A stretch of 33,415 bases of DNA from a virus (taxonomy: Duplodnaviria > Caudoviricetes), in the IMG/VR virus record IMGVR_UViG_3300030606_000260, positions 1-33,415 of that record; one strand, 5' to 3'. The notes beneath the pieces were generated by a model that did not search any database, was not told where the DNA came from, and was given only the letters and a program-made list of their open reading frames with translations. Shown in pieces: positions 7,077 to 16,192 of the stretch. A program made the position numbers and the translations under genes. Positions within the stretch are counted from its first letter, which is position 1. Each line of letters opens with the position of its first letter.

Positions 7077-7871
7077 TCAAACTTCGCCTATGGTAAACAC
7101 CACGCGGCCGAGCACGGTGCAATCGTCTTTGCTGTTGATGGTGATGGGGCCGAAATTGGGATTTGCGGCCTGCAGGATGAAGGGAAACGCCGGATTACTG
7201 GGCTGATATGGCCGGCTGGACTTCAATTGCCGAACTGTCGGTTCCATGCCGGGAAATTGCACAAGCAGGAATTTGCCAGGCATGATGTCACGGTCCGGAT
7301 CGACAACAACGTGTGAGAATGGCGGGAATGAGTAACCGCTATCGCCAACCATCGAATTATCTTCGGCAGTGATTTCGAAAGCAAAACTACGTGGCCCGGC
7401 GAGCAAGCTGCTTGAGACGGGCAGAAATTCCTTAGTCATTTCCGCTAAGGCCTCTTTGCCAGAGATTATTTTCTGAATGTCGCTCGCTCGTATTATGGGA
7501 ATATATCGAACTGCCTCTAAAAGGAAAGATTTTTCATAAACCTGATTGGGGACGTGGTTAATTTCACTAGCAGATTCAGTTGCTTCCGCTGACCTGTATT
7601 CAGCGATTTCTGGACCATTGCCAAATAAAAGGAAGTCGCGCGACACGTTGAACAGCTCGCAATAATGCTGCAGCGTGTCTTCGCTGTCCGGCATGCGCTC
7701 GCCGCGCTCATGCGAATAATAGGTGCGTGGGGCAATGCACCATACATCAGGCAAGCTGTCGATAGCGGCCTTGCGCGTGGCGTATTTCGCTTTCTTGCGC
7801 GCCCATTGCAGACGGCGGCCGAATTCCTTGGCCTGCTGCCGTCGCCATCCTTCCGGGTTGCCTTCGTCCAT
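7077..7871 (-). CDS. CI-like repressor (XRE HTH plus S24 peptidase-like domain)
   Basis: FGRRLQWARKKA...YYSHERGERMP...FNVSRDFLLFG; C-terminal DNSM...VVVDPD...VLGRVV; divergent from a cro-like gene. Confidence 0.88.
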   Translation of the reverse strand: MDEGNPEGWRRQQAKEFGRRLQWARKKAKYATRKAAIDSLPDVWCIAPRTYYSHERGERMPDSEDTLQHYCELFNVSRDFLLFGNGPEIAEYRSAEATESASEINHVPNQVYEKSFLLEAVRYIPIIRASDIQKIISGKEALAEMTKEFLPVSSSLLAGPRSFAFEITAEDNSMVGDSGYSFPPFSHVVVDPDRDIMPGKFLLVQFPGMEPTVRQLKSSRPYQPSNPAFPFILQAANPNFGPITINSKDDCTVLGRVVFTIGEV

Positions 7872-7887
7872 TAATCATTCCTCGCGT

Positions 7888-7963
7888 TTGCACGTAATGT
7901 ACACGCCATCGTGCAAAAAATCTATTGACTATTTTTGGGCGGAAATTGCACAGTATTGTGCAT
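7888..7963. promoter_or_regulatory. Right operator/promoter region (OR/PR-like)
   Basis: TTGCACA-GTAT-TGTGCAT at 7946-7963 is 17/18 identical to the reverse complement of the OL site. TTGACT at 7925-7930; further TTGCAC/GTGCAA half-sites at 7888 and 7911. Confidence 0.72.
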
Positions 7964-8288
7964 GAACGTGCAACCGATTGATTTCCCGCGTCTTTTGCGC
8001 CTTTGGCCGGCAGACGACAAAAACACGGCCTATGCCGAGCTCGCTGAAGACATGGGCGTACCGTCCAGTCGTGCGCGGCAATGGCTTAATCGAAACTATC
8101 TGCCGCCCTGCTACTGGCCGCGTTTCGCGAATGTCCTGGCGGCAAAATTCGGGCTGACCATCACGCAAGAGCAGCTCGTCGAGGCGTCCTATTCCCACGG
8201 CGAGAAACTCAGTGCACGCGGCCGGCGCGCAGCCGAAACCCGCAAGCGTAACCGGGAAGGACAGGCTGATGCGCCGGCAACTGATTGA
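7962..8288 (+). CDS. Cro-like HTH protein
   Basis: YAELAEDMGVPSSRARQWLNRNYLPPCYWPR; position divergent from the repressor. Confidence 0.75.
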   Translation: MNVQPIDFPRLLRLWPADDKNTAYAELAEDMGVPSSRARQWLNRNYLPPCYWPRFANVLAAKFGLTITQEQLVEASYSHGEKLSARGRRAAETRKRNREGQADAPATD

Positions 8289-8811
8289 GACGCCGAGATA
8301 CCGGGTTGTGCGCACGCCAGAAGGCGCGATGACCTTGACCGAAGCATCGCAGCGCTATGGCATATCCAGGCGCGCGCTTGATTACCGCATTCAAAAAGGC
8401 TGGTCCGTCGAAGCGTGCGTCAGCCCTGCGAAAAAGCCGAACCCACATTGCCGGCTTCTCATCAGCACGCCTGACGGCCTCATGACTCGCGCGGAAGCGG
8501 CCAGCTTTTACGGCGTGAACAGGAGCACACTCAGACGCCGCTTGTGGGAAGGTGTTCCGGTCGAGCGCGCGATTGAGCCTGCAAAGGAGAGAGGCAGGCG
8601 CATGTGGGACACGCCTTACGGGCGCATGTCTCTATACCGACTTCAGGAAGTTATCGGCGTTGAAATCAGAACCCTGCAGGCGCGAGTTTATTACCTTCAT
8701 TGGACTGAGGAAGAGGCGTTCAACACGCCTGCTTACGGCAAGCGCGGCCAGCATTTCATTCTGTCGCCGGAAGAATATCGGCGTCGATTGCAAGGGGTGC
8801 GTGATGCCTAG
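8269..8811 (+). CDS. Protein with three tandem HTH-like repeats
   Basis: Repeats TPEGAMTLTEASQRYGISRRALDYRI, TPDGLMTRAEAASFYGVNRSTLRRRL and TPYGRMSLYRLQEVIGVEIRTLQARV. Confidence 0.7.
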   Translation: MRRQLIETPRYRVVRTPEGAMTLTEASQRYGISRRALDYRIQKGWSVEACVSPAKKPNPHCRLLISTPDGLMTRAEAASFYGVNRSTLRRRLWEGVPVERAIEPAKERGRRMWDTPYGRMSLYRLQEVIGVEIRTLQARVYYLHWTEEEAFNTPAYGKRGQHFILSPEEYRRRLQGVRDA

Positions 8812-9040
8812 GAAAGTCAGGAAATTCACCGAAGCCGACGCGGCCGCTCTGAAGCTCATCAAGGCGTGCGGTTTCGTCGGTGTCGACCGGGATAAATTCT
8901 ATCTCGAATCCAATCGCCAGATCGGTTCGTGGCGGATTCACCGGCTGGTTGAGCATGGGTATTTGAAGCCTTCCCATGACTGCCTGCCGGGGGGGGTGTC
9001 GCAGACTTATCGGCCTGTGGAGGCTGGTGATGCTGCTTGA
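8804..9040 (+). CDS. Small hypothetical protein
   Basis: 78 aa after an AAGGGG RBS; overlaps both neighbours. Confidence 0.55.
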   Translation: MPRKVRKFTEADAAALKLIKACGFVGVDRDKFYLESNRQIGSWRIHRLVEHGYLKPSHDCLPGGVSQTYRPVEAGDAA

Positions 9041-9821
9041 TCCGTACAGAGATATCCAGGCCAAAGCCGGGTCGAAACGCTTCTGGACAACGCGGGAAGA
9101 GAAAGTCTTGCGCGAGAACTACGCCGAGCATGGTGCGGAGCATTGCGCGACACTATTGCCGGGCCGGCCAATTGGCGCGGTGTATCAGCACGCGCACAAG
9201 ATGGGCCTGAAGGGCAAGCATCACACCAATCCGGATTTTCGCAAGCGCTGGACGACGAGCGAGCAAATCGATGCCGTCATTCGCCGCGCCTATCAGGCGA
9301 GTGAACCCAAGCGCGACCTTATTGCAAAGACTGCGCAAGCTGTCGGGCGGCCGCGGTGGTGGGTATCGAAGCGCGCGCAGGCACTCGGCATCGTTGCGCC
9401 GCGCTTCAAAGAGCCGCCCTGGACGCAAGCCGAAATCGACCTGGCTGAAGCGCATGCGCACAAGCATCTGGCGACAATCAGGCGGATACTGAAGCGGCAC
9501 GGGTTCAGCCGCACGGAAACCGCCATCAAGGTCAAGCTGGTGCGTCTCGGCGCGATGCGTGAAGACCCGAACCACTACACCGCGCATGGCCTGGCCAAGC
9601 TGTTCGGCATCGATGTGAAGAGTGTCACGCGCTGGATTGAAACCGGCCGGCTCAACGCCAAGCGGCGCGGGACAGACCGCGGCGACAAGCAGGGCGGCGA
9701 CATGTGGTGGATACACCGCAAGCAGGTTCGTCGGTTCGTTGCTGAAAATGTCGCGGCCGTCGATTTCCGCAAGGTCGACAAGTTTTGGCTGGTCGATTTG
9801 CTGGTGGGATTTGCCGAATGA
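9030..9821 (+). CDS. DNA-binding protein: Myb/SANT-like WT repeats plus a C-terminal excisionase-type HTH
   Basis: FWTTREEKVLRENY, RWTTSEQIDAVIRRAY, PWTQAEIDL; YTAHGLAKLFGIDVKSVTRWIETGRL; GGAGG RBS. Confidence 0.7.
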   Translation: MLLDPYRDIQAKAGSKRFWTTREEKVLRENYAEHGAEHCATLLPGRPIGAVYQHAHKMGLKGKHHTNPDFRKRWTTSEQIDAVIRRAYQASEPKRDLIAKTAQAVGRPRWWVSKRAQALGIVAPRFKEPPWTQAEIDLAEAHAHKHLATIRRILKRHGFSRTETAIKVKLVRLGAMREDPNHYTAHGLAKLFGIDVKSVTRWIETGRLNAKRRGTDRGDKQGGDMWWIHRKQVRRFVAENVAAVDFRKVDKFWLVDLLVGFAE

Positions 9822-10129
9822 CCAATCCTCATTGGTGGACGCTCAAAGACTACGTTCGCCGCCGCGCTCGCAATCGCTGTGAATATTGCCTGCTACGGCC
9901 AATCGCTGATCTGCATCATCGGACGTACGCCAACAACGGTGCCGAACATTCGATGGATGTCATGGGTGTCTGCCGAGCATGTCACCGGCACATCCACGAC
10001 GGACGCAGCGTCTTGGTTTCGGAAAATAGCATTGCCGCCTTTGGCGATCACGGCACCGGAACCCACTCACCGCACTGGTTGAGTTATTTGAAGCAAGTCG
10101 ATTGCGAAGAAAGTGCATGCAATGAATAG
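9818..10129 (+). CDS. HNH endonuclease
   Basis: RCEYC...LHHRTY..NGAE...VCRACHRHIH. Confidence 0.8.
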   Translation: MTNPHWWTLKDYVRRRARNRCEYCLLRPIADLHHRTYANNGAEHSMDVMGVCRACHRHIHDGRSVLVSENSIAAFGDHGTGTHSPHWLSYLKQVDCEESACNE

Positions 10130-11585
10130 CATCGAAATTCGGTCGTTAGATTTTATCCGTGAACGGCACATTGTTCGTCCGATTAATGCTGCCTACGTTG
10201 AGCGGCTCGTTTCACAAATAAAAGTAATTGGTGTCAAGGCGTATCCGCTTTCAGTGACGTCTGATGGAATTCTCTTCGGCGGCAATCATCGCTATGAAGC
10301 ATTCAAGAAAATCGGCATCGATGAATGCTGGATTCACATCTCCGATCCAAAATCCCTAGATCGAGAAGCAATCGAGCTAAACCGCGCCTCCGAAGACGCG
10401 TTGAAGATGACGTTCGTCGATTATGCGGAGATGGTCTGGCGGCGCATCAGCGACGGCGTAAAGCAGCAGGCGCTTGCGGATGAGCTGGGATGGTCGAGGG
10501 AGAAGGTCAAAGACTACGCTGCAATTCAGAAAATCGACGCTGAAGCTTGGAAAATAGTTGGTGCCACTTTGCGCGATCTTCCCTTGGTGCCAGATGACGA
10601 GCTGGCACCAAGCAATGGTGCCACGGCACCATTTTCCGAACGCCTTCTTCGCGAGATTATCAGCCTTACGCCTGCCCAACAGCTCGACCTTGTCCGCAAG
10701 CTCTCACGCGGGAAGAATAGCAAGGGTCACAGCTTCACGAAGAAGGATTTCAAGGACGAGGCTGAGCGATGCCGTATCTACAATGCGTTGGTGGCCGCTG
10801 CGCTTTCGGCGCTCGATGGACGTATTCAGGGCGAGCGGCTAGCAGAGAACCAGGCCGAAATTGCCGAAGAGCTAAAACAGCGCGCCTACATCGAAGAGTT
10901 CATTCAAAAGGGCCAACCCGGCGCAAGGTTCCAGAGGCTGGTTCAGTCCTATATCGACGCCTACGAAGAGGCGATGAACATCCGCGTCATCGTGAAAGAT
11001 ATCCGCGATCTGACGGCGACGGATATTCCTGACGGCTCAATCGATGCCGTAGTCACTGACCCGCCCTATCCGAAAGAGTTCGTCAATCTGTTCGACGATC
11101 TCGGAGCGCTTGCCGCGCGTGCACTTAAGCCGGGCGGCTCTTTGCTCTGCCTTTGCGGCCAGTCCTACCTTCCGCAGTACATCGAACTGCTAAGCCGTCA
11201 TCTCGATTACCAATGGGTGATCGGCGTGCACATGCCGGGCGGGCAGGCTGTCCAACTTCATCAGCGTGAAGTGACGGCATTTTGGAAGCCAATACTCTGG
11301 TTCACCAAAGGACCACGTGAGGGCAAATGGGTCTCTGATTTTATTCGTACTGACGCGAACAACAACGACAAAACCCATCACCATTGGGGCCAGTCCGAGC
11401 AAATCATGCAGGGCATGATCGAACGCGTCTCGTTGGCCGGTGAAACTATCCTCGATCCCTTTCTAGGAGGAGGTACAGGCGGCGTCGTTTGCAGAAAATT
11501 GAAACGCAAATTCATCGGTGTCGAAATCGATGAGGAAACCGCGGCCGGCGCGCTGAAGCGGATCGGAGGAGCTGACCTTGAATAG
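10122..11585 (+). CDS. ParB/Srx-like N-terminal domain and HTH fused to an amino-DNA methyltransferase (N6A/N4C, beta-type motif order)
   Basis: LFGGNHRYEA (ParB box II-like), QQALADELGWSREKV, then IDAVVTDPPY before ILDPFLGGGTGG and FIGVEID. Confidence 0.88.
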   Translation: MNSIEIRSLDFIRERHIVRPINAAYVERLVSQIKVIGVKAYPLSVTSDGILFGGNHRYEAFKKIGIDECWIHISDPKSLDREAIELNRASEDALKMTFVDYAEMVWRRISDGVKQQALADELGWSREKVKDYAAIQKIDAEAWKIVGATLRDLPLVPDDELAPSNGATAPFSERLLREIISLTPAQQLDLVRKLSRGKNSKGHSFTKKDFKDEAERCRIYNALVAAALSALDGRIQGERLAENQAEIAEELKQRAYIEEFIQKGQPGARFQRLVQSYIDAYEEAMNIRVIVKDIRDLTATDIPDGSIDAVVTDPPYPKEFVNLFDDLGALAARALKPGGSLLCLCGQSYLPQYIELLSRHLDYQWVIGVHMPGGQAVQLHQREVTAFWKPILWFTKGPREGKWVSDFIRTDANNNDKTHHHWGQSEQIMQGMIERVSLAGETILDPFLGGGTGGVVCRKLKRKFIGVEIDEETAAGALKRIGGADLE

Positions 11586-12129
11586 TGAATTGAGATTGGA
11601 AAATGGTGTCAAGCAGCGGATGGATGGCGGTGGGGATTCCTTCGGAAATGCGCACCGTGAGGCATTGGGCAACTGGGCTTACATGCAGGATTTTGATTCC
11701 ATATTTGGATTTGAGGCATTTGCCAAAAATACAAGTGACTTGCTTTTTACTGAATATGAGCCGGATCAATATAAAAACAGCGGCAACTTGATTAGAAATT
11801 TTGCTACGATAGCTCTGTTCGATAGAAAAAAACATTTCAATCTAGCTGAACGCGCTCTTCAATGCTCTCGTCCAGTCTTGACGGCATACTACCTTCATCA
11901 ATGCCGATTGAATGCTTCAGTTCAGCCAATCCCACCTCGTTTTTTCTTTTGCGTCGATATTGATGAAGGATGGCAGCTACTTGAAGTCGATATCAATACC
12001 GGAGAAAAAATCGGTCCGCGTCATGGTCATCATATCACGCGCGAAAACATGGATTACGTATGGACAGCAATCGGCCTGCGTGACGCGCATTGTGGAGTCA
12101 GGAAATGGCTACAGAACAGGCCATCATGA
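11578..12129 (+). CDS. AT-rich hypothetical protein coupled to the methyltransferase
   Basis: 183-aa ORF, GGAGG RBS, TTG start overlapping the MTase stop. Confidence 0.65.
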   Translation: MNSELRLENGVKQRMDGGGDSFGNAHREALGNWAYMQDFDSIFGFEAFAKNTSDLLFTEYEPDQYKNSGNLIRNFATIALFDRKKHFNLAERALQCSRPVLTAYYLHQCRLNASVQPIPPRFFFCVDIDEGWQLLEVDINTGEKIGPRHGHHITRENMDYVWTAIGLRDAHCGVRKWLQNRPS

Positions 12130-12335
12130 CCCGCTGGCAAAACCCGCAATTGCAAGAGCACCTGGCCGAATTATCCGCGCGCGGCATGAGCGCTGCGCAG
12201 ATTGCCGAACAGATCGGCGTGACGCGTGACGCCGTGAAAAGCGCGATGACGCGGTACGGATTGTTTGCGTCGACCGGCCGCAGACTGACGAATTATTCAA
12301 GGGCTGAAGATGGCGCTGCAAATCACGACCGCTGA
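12126..12335 (+). CDS. Small HTH protein resembling the GcrA N-terminal domain
   Basis: LAELSARGMSAAQIAEQIGVTRDAVKSAMTRYGL. Confidence 0.7.
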   Translation: MTRWQNPQLQEHLAELSARGMSAAQIAEQIGVTRDAVKSAMTRYGLFASTGRRLTNYSRAEDGAANHDR

Positions 12336-13131
12336 CGAACGCAGGGCGGCAAAGAACAAGACCTCGCTTGCCATCTTCGGCCCGTATGGCGTCGGCAAGA
12401 CATCGCTGCTCAAGACGTTGCCGGCAGACTATACGCTGTGCATCGACCTCGAGGCGGGCATGAAATCGGTGCATAGCTGGCCGGGCGCGAGTATCGAGAT
12501 ACGCGACTTCAGGGATTTTCAGGATCTCACTGCGCTCATCGGCGGGCTGGATCCGGCCGTTGCGCAAAACGCCTGGTACAGCCAATCGCATCACGCGCAT
12601 GTCGTGCAGACCTATGCCGGCAGCCAGGTCGAGCAATTCGTCAGAACGCGGCCTGTCATCTTCGTCGATTCCATCACCGACTTGACGCGCATGGCGATGA
12701 CCTATGCGCAGCAGCAGCCTGATGCGTTTTCAGAGCGTTCCGGCAAGCCGGACACGCGCGGCGCTTACGGACTGCTTGCGCGTGAAGTCATCCGCGCCTT
12801 GAGGCATCTGCAGCGCGCCAATGGCAAGACCGTCATATTCGTCGGCCTGCTCGATTTCGATACCGAAACACGGCTGTGGACGCCGCAGATGGAAGGCGCG
12901 AAATCCGGCAAGGAACTGCCTGGCATCGTCGACCAGGTGATGACGATGCAGTTTTTTGACCGCACGCCGGAAGGCGAACTGCAACTCGGCCGCGCGGGTG
13001 CAACCGAACGCCTGCTCGTCTGCAAGGAAGGCAATCGATGGGGCTTGCCGGCAAAGGACCGTTCCGGCCGGCTGTCGGAAACTGAACCGCCAGACCTCAC
13101 CGCTCTCTTGAACAAAATCAACGCCTGCTAA
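12310..13131 (+). CDS. Sak4-like AAA ATPase (single-strand annealing recombinase)
   Basis: Walker A GPYGVGKT, IDLEAG, Walker B IFVDSIT, ELPGIVD, AKDRSG; directly upstream of an SSB-like gene. Confidence 0.85.
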   Translation: MALQITTADERRAAKNKTSLAIFGPYGVGKTSLLKTLPADYTLCIDLEAGMKSVHSWPGASIEIRDFRDFQDLTALIGGLDPAVAQNAWYSQSHHAHVVQTYAGSQVEQFVRTRPVIFVDSITDLTRMAMTYAQQQPDAFSERSGKPDTRGAYGLLAREVIRALRHLQRANGKTVIFVGLLDFDTETRLWTPQMEGAKSGKELPGIVDQVMTMQFFDRTPEGELQLGRAGATERLLVCKEGNRWGLPAKDRSGRLSETEPPDLTALLNKINAC

Positions 13132-13144
13132 AAAGGAGACTGCC

Positions 13145-13849
13145 ATGCTCGATTTCAGCGACGCCAATCCGCACATTGCACCGATTGGTGAACTCATTAC
13201 CGACGGCGCTTTCGTCAAGCTCAAACTGAAAATCCGTCCAGGTGGCCACAACGGCGCCGACCCGATGGACGCCAACATGCTGAAGAAATCGCAGACGTCC
13301 GATGCGGTTTTTCTCGACGGCGAATTTACTGTCGAAGGCGGCGAATTCAACAACCGCAAGCTCTGGCAGAACCTCATCGTCGACGGTGGCAAGCGCGACA
13401 AGAACAACGTGTCGATCGGCTGGAATATGACGAAAAATCTTATCCGCGCCATGATCGACAGTGCGGCCAGGCTCAATCCGGACGACAAGAGCGATCAGGC
13501 CAACCAGCAGCGACGCATTCAGGCGTTCAAGCAGCTCGACGGCATTACCTTCATTGCGCGCGTCATGGTGCGGCCGTCCGACAATGAGCAGTACAGCGAT
13601 AAAAACGAAATCGCGAACTGCGTGTTCGTGACCGATCCGCAATACGAGGCCGTCATGAACGGCCAGCACGTCACACCGGATCCGATTGGCGCGAAGCCGA
13701 AGAAGCAGGCGGGCAACGCGGCAGCGCCGGCACAGCAATCGCTCGGCTGGCAGAACGGGGCCGCGGCAGCAGCGCCAGCACAGCAGCCGATGCAGCCGCC
13801 AGCACAGCAGCAAACCGCCGCTGCAGCGCCATCATGGGTGACGGGATAG
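13145..13849 (+). CDS. Putative single-stranded DNA-binding protein (DUF669-like)
   Basis: LDGEFTVEGGEFNNRKLWQNL, Y.DKNEI and an A/P/Q-rich tail ending PSW; follows the Sak4-like gene; AAGGAG RBS. Confidence 0.7.
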   Translation: MLDFSDANPHIAPIGELITDGAFVKLKLKIRPGGHNGADPMDANMLKKSQTSDAVFLDGEFTVEGGEFNNRKLWQNLIVDGGKRDKNNVSIGWNMTKNLIRAMIDSAARLNPDDKSDQANQQRRIQAFKQLDGITFIARVMVRPSDNEQYSDKNEIANCVFVTDPQYEAVMNGQHVTPDPIGAKPKKQAGNAAAPAQQSLGWQNGAAAAAPAQQPMQPPAQQQTAAAAPSWVTG

Positions 13850-13852
13850 CGA

Positions 13853-14113
13853 ATGCGTGAAGCGGACGAAAGCGCCGCTCGCGACCTGTCTGAAGCTGAA
13901 TGGCTCGACCATCTGCGGCGTGAGACGGCAATGGAAATCGGCAAATGGTTCGAAGGGCGCGGAAGGCTGCATCAGCCTATAAGGGTGCTCACGCTAAGGG
14001 AGCTGGAGGCAATCGCCGAAGCAGCAACCGCGCGCTGGATAGTGCTGGCCTCGCTGCGGCTCGCGCTCGCCAGACCGAAAGCCAAAGCGTTCGAGTTTCT
14101 CTTGGGCGGCTAG
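13853..14113 (+). CDS. Hypothetical phage protein
   Basis: 86-aa ORF in the operon. Confidence 0.6.
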   Translation: MREADESAARDLSEAEWLDHLRRETAMEIGKWFEGRGRLHQPIRVLTLRELEAIAEAATARWIVLASLRLALARPKAKAFEFLLGG

Positions 14114-14472
14114 CGCTTTGTGCCATTTGCGGGCGTGAGGCGCACGGCTTCGGATATTGCCACCTGCTTCAGTGGGACCGCTTTCCATTTTACCGCTTCT
14201 GCTCGCTTCGTTGCCAGGACATCGGGACGGCTCTTGCTCGGGAGAATTTCGGAATGATCGACAAGACGGTGCGTGAAAAGCAGGCGATCAAGGATGCGCG
14301 CAAGCCTTTCGCTGAAGCGCTGACGGAGCTCGGATTGATGGAGCCGTTCTTTCATCGGACGGCTGACGATATCGACCGGCTGATTGAGGCCTGCGTCGAC
14401 GGGTTTCACAGCTCCCTGACGGAGCAGACGGAGCAGTTGAAGCGGGATTTGAACGACGAATTGCCATTTTGA
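14102..14472 (+). CDS. DUF6511-like protein with an N-terminal Cys motif (start uncertain)
   Basis: CAICGREAHGFG...FCSLRC then MIDKTVREKQAI...ALTELG...LIEACVDGF...DELPF, inside track ORF 13945-14472. Confidence 0.6.
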
Positions 14473-14529
14473 GTTGATGCGGTCATGAGAATGCAATTCG
14501 ATGAGAAATGCGAAAAGTGTGACGAGCTT

Positions 14530-14703
14530 GGCAGAACGGGGAACTCGTGGCCCGTGACAGCCGGGAGAGGCACCGGCACCAGTTTCGCCAGAAATGGCGT
14601 CCGGAAAGCTGGGCGGAAAAACAGGGTGACTGCAGCGGCTTTTGTCTCGCGGAGAACGACCTGTGACAACCGGGAGAGACCGGTACCTAATTTCAAGTTT
14701 CCC
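14530..14703 (+). ncRNA. Candidate structured RNA: two tandem copies of a two-hairpin motif
   Basis: ACGGG..CCCGT-GACA-GCCGG-GAGAGGCA-CCGGC-ACC and ACAGG..CCTGT-GACA-ACCGG-GAGAGA-CCGGT-ACC, with compensatory changes between copies. A CGCCA-GAAA-TGGCG hairpin lies between them. Confidence 0.55.
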
Positions 14704-14766
14704 AAGTTGCCCGTGCGCGGTCGCTGGGACTGTGAAGGCGATGGCTGGATTTCGGATGGCTGACAG

Positions 14767-16170
14767 ATGCTCATCGATTTCAATCACGGTTCAAAATTTC
14801 AGTATCGAGCGGAAGCGCCTGCAATGAGTGACATTCAGCTATCGGAAAAACAGCAGCGCGCTATTGCCTCGATAAAGGACTGGTTCAAGATGCGCACCGA
14901 CAGCCAGCAGATTTTTCGGCTGTTCGGGTATGCCGGTACCGGGAAAACCACGGTGCTGAAATATGCGCTGAAAGAGCTTGATATTAAGGATCTTAAACCA
15001 AGCAGATATGACGAGGACAGTTGTGAGCGTCAATACAATCACGGTGGCGTTGTTACCGCGACGTTCACCGGCAAGGCCGCGCTCGTTTTGCGCCAGAAAG
15101 GTACGCCGGCGCGCACCATTCACAGCTTGATCTATCGCGTGACGGAGGTAACAGAAGAAGAAGTTAAGGCGCGACAAAAAGAAATTGACGACACCAGGGA
15201 AGCAGCGAAATCGATTACCGATGATTTTGAAAGAGTTGCTGAACAGGCGCGCATAACCGGGATGGAAGAGGCGCTAAAAAAACTGAAGCAGCCATCCTTC
15301 TCGCTCAATCCGCAGAGTGATGCCGCGTTCGCTGATCTCATCGTCTTGGATGAGGTGTCGATGGTTAGTGAAGACATGGCCAAGGATCTTATGAGCTTCG
15401 GCAAGCCAATCCTCGTGCTTGGCGATCCAGGCCAGTTGCCACCGATTCACGGTGAGGGCGCATTCACTAATTGCGAGCCGGATATCATGCTCACCGAAAT
15501 CCATCGGCAGGCTGGCGAGAGCGCTATTATTCGTTTGGCAACCGCGGCGCGCATCGGCCAACCCATCGACTATGGCTGCTATGACGCGCATGTCGCCAAG
15601 CTGCCAAAAGGCTCATTGACGGCCGCACAGATGCTACGTGGCGGGCAAGTAATTTGCGGGATGAACGCCACGCGGCTGCAGTTGAATAACGATATGCGCC
15701 TCGCTGCTGGCTTCAACGGAAATGCATTGCCGACAGGCAATGGCGAGAAAATCATCTGCCTGAAGAATATGAACGACCGCGGTCTTATCAACGGCATGTT
15801 CATTACTCTCGCCGATGTCAAGCCAACCGATGAGGACCATTGCTTTACGGCAAAGATTTTTGATGAAAACGGCGATCCAATCCAATCGAAATCAAATTCC
15901 GGAGAAATCTTAGACCAGTATATTTACACCGGACACTTTCATGATCACGTCCATTTTGACAAAGAACGCAGCAACCGTGATTGGAGGCTAAAAAAAGGCC
16001 TCGTCGAAGCTACCTACGGCTGGGCAATCACCTGCCATAAGGCGCAAGGCTCGCAATGGGAAAACGTCATCGTCTGGGATGACGGGCTTGGTCGCACGGA
16101 TCTCGACCGCCGGCGGTGGTTGTATACTGCCATAACTCGCGCCGAAAAGGGCTTGGTGATCCTGTCATGA
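14767..16170 (+). CDS. SF1B RecD2/Dda-like DNA helicase (alternative start 14824)
   Basis: GYAGTGKTT, TFTGKAA, TIHSLIY, LDEVSMV, LGDPGQLPP, LTEIHRQA, AITCHKAQGSQW, YTAITRA. Confidence 0.92.
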   Translation: MLIDFNHGSKFQYRAEAPAMSDIQLSEKQQRAIASIKDWFKMRTDSQQIFRLFGYAGTGKTTVLKYALKELDIKDLKPSRYDEDSCERQYNHGGVVTATFTGKAALVLRQKGTPARTIHSLIYRVTEVTEEEVKARQKEIDDTREAAKSITDDFERVAEQARITGMEEALKKLKQPSFSLNPQSDAAFADLIVLDEVSMVSEDMAKDLMSFGKPILVLGDPGQLPPIHGEGAFTNCEPDIMLTEIHRQAGESAIIRLATAARIGQPIDYGCYDAHVAKLPKGSLTAAQMLRGGQVICGMNATRLQLNNDMRLAAGFNGNALPTGNGEKIICLKNMNDRGLINGMFITLADVKPTDEDHCFTAKIFDENGDPIQSKSNSGEILDQYIYTGHFHDHVHFDKERSNRDWRLKKGLVEATYGWAITCHKAQGSQWENVIVWDDGLGRTDLDRRRWLYTAITRAEKGLVILS

Positions 16171-16192
16171 TGGCTGAGGTGATTTCAAAAAA

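Noticed and set aside
8989-8996. G8 tract as a phase-variation or frameshift site fusing ORF 8804 to ORF 9030
   Set aside because: The downstream gene has its own GGAGG and ATG; there is no other support.
14767-14823. MLIDFNHGS leader as the remnant of a deleted nuclease gene
   Set aside because: Based only on vague recall of related modules; it cannot be supported from this sequence.
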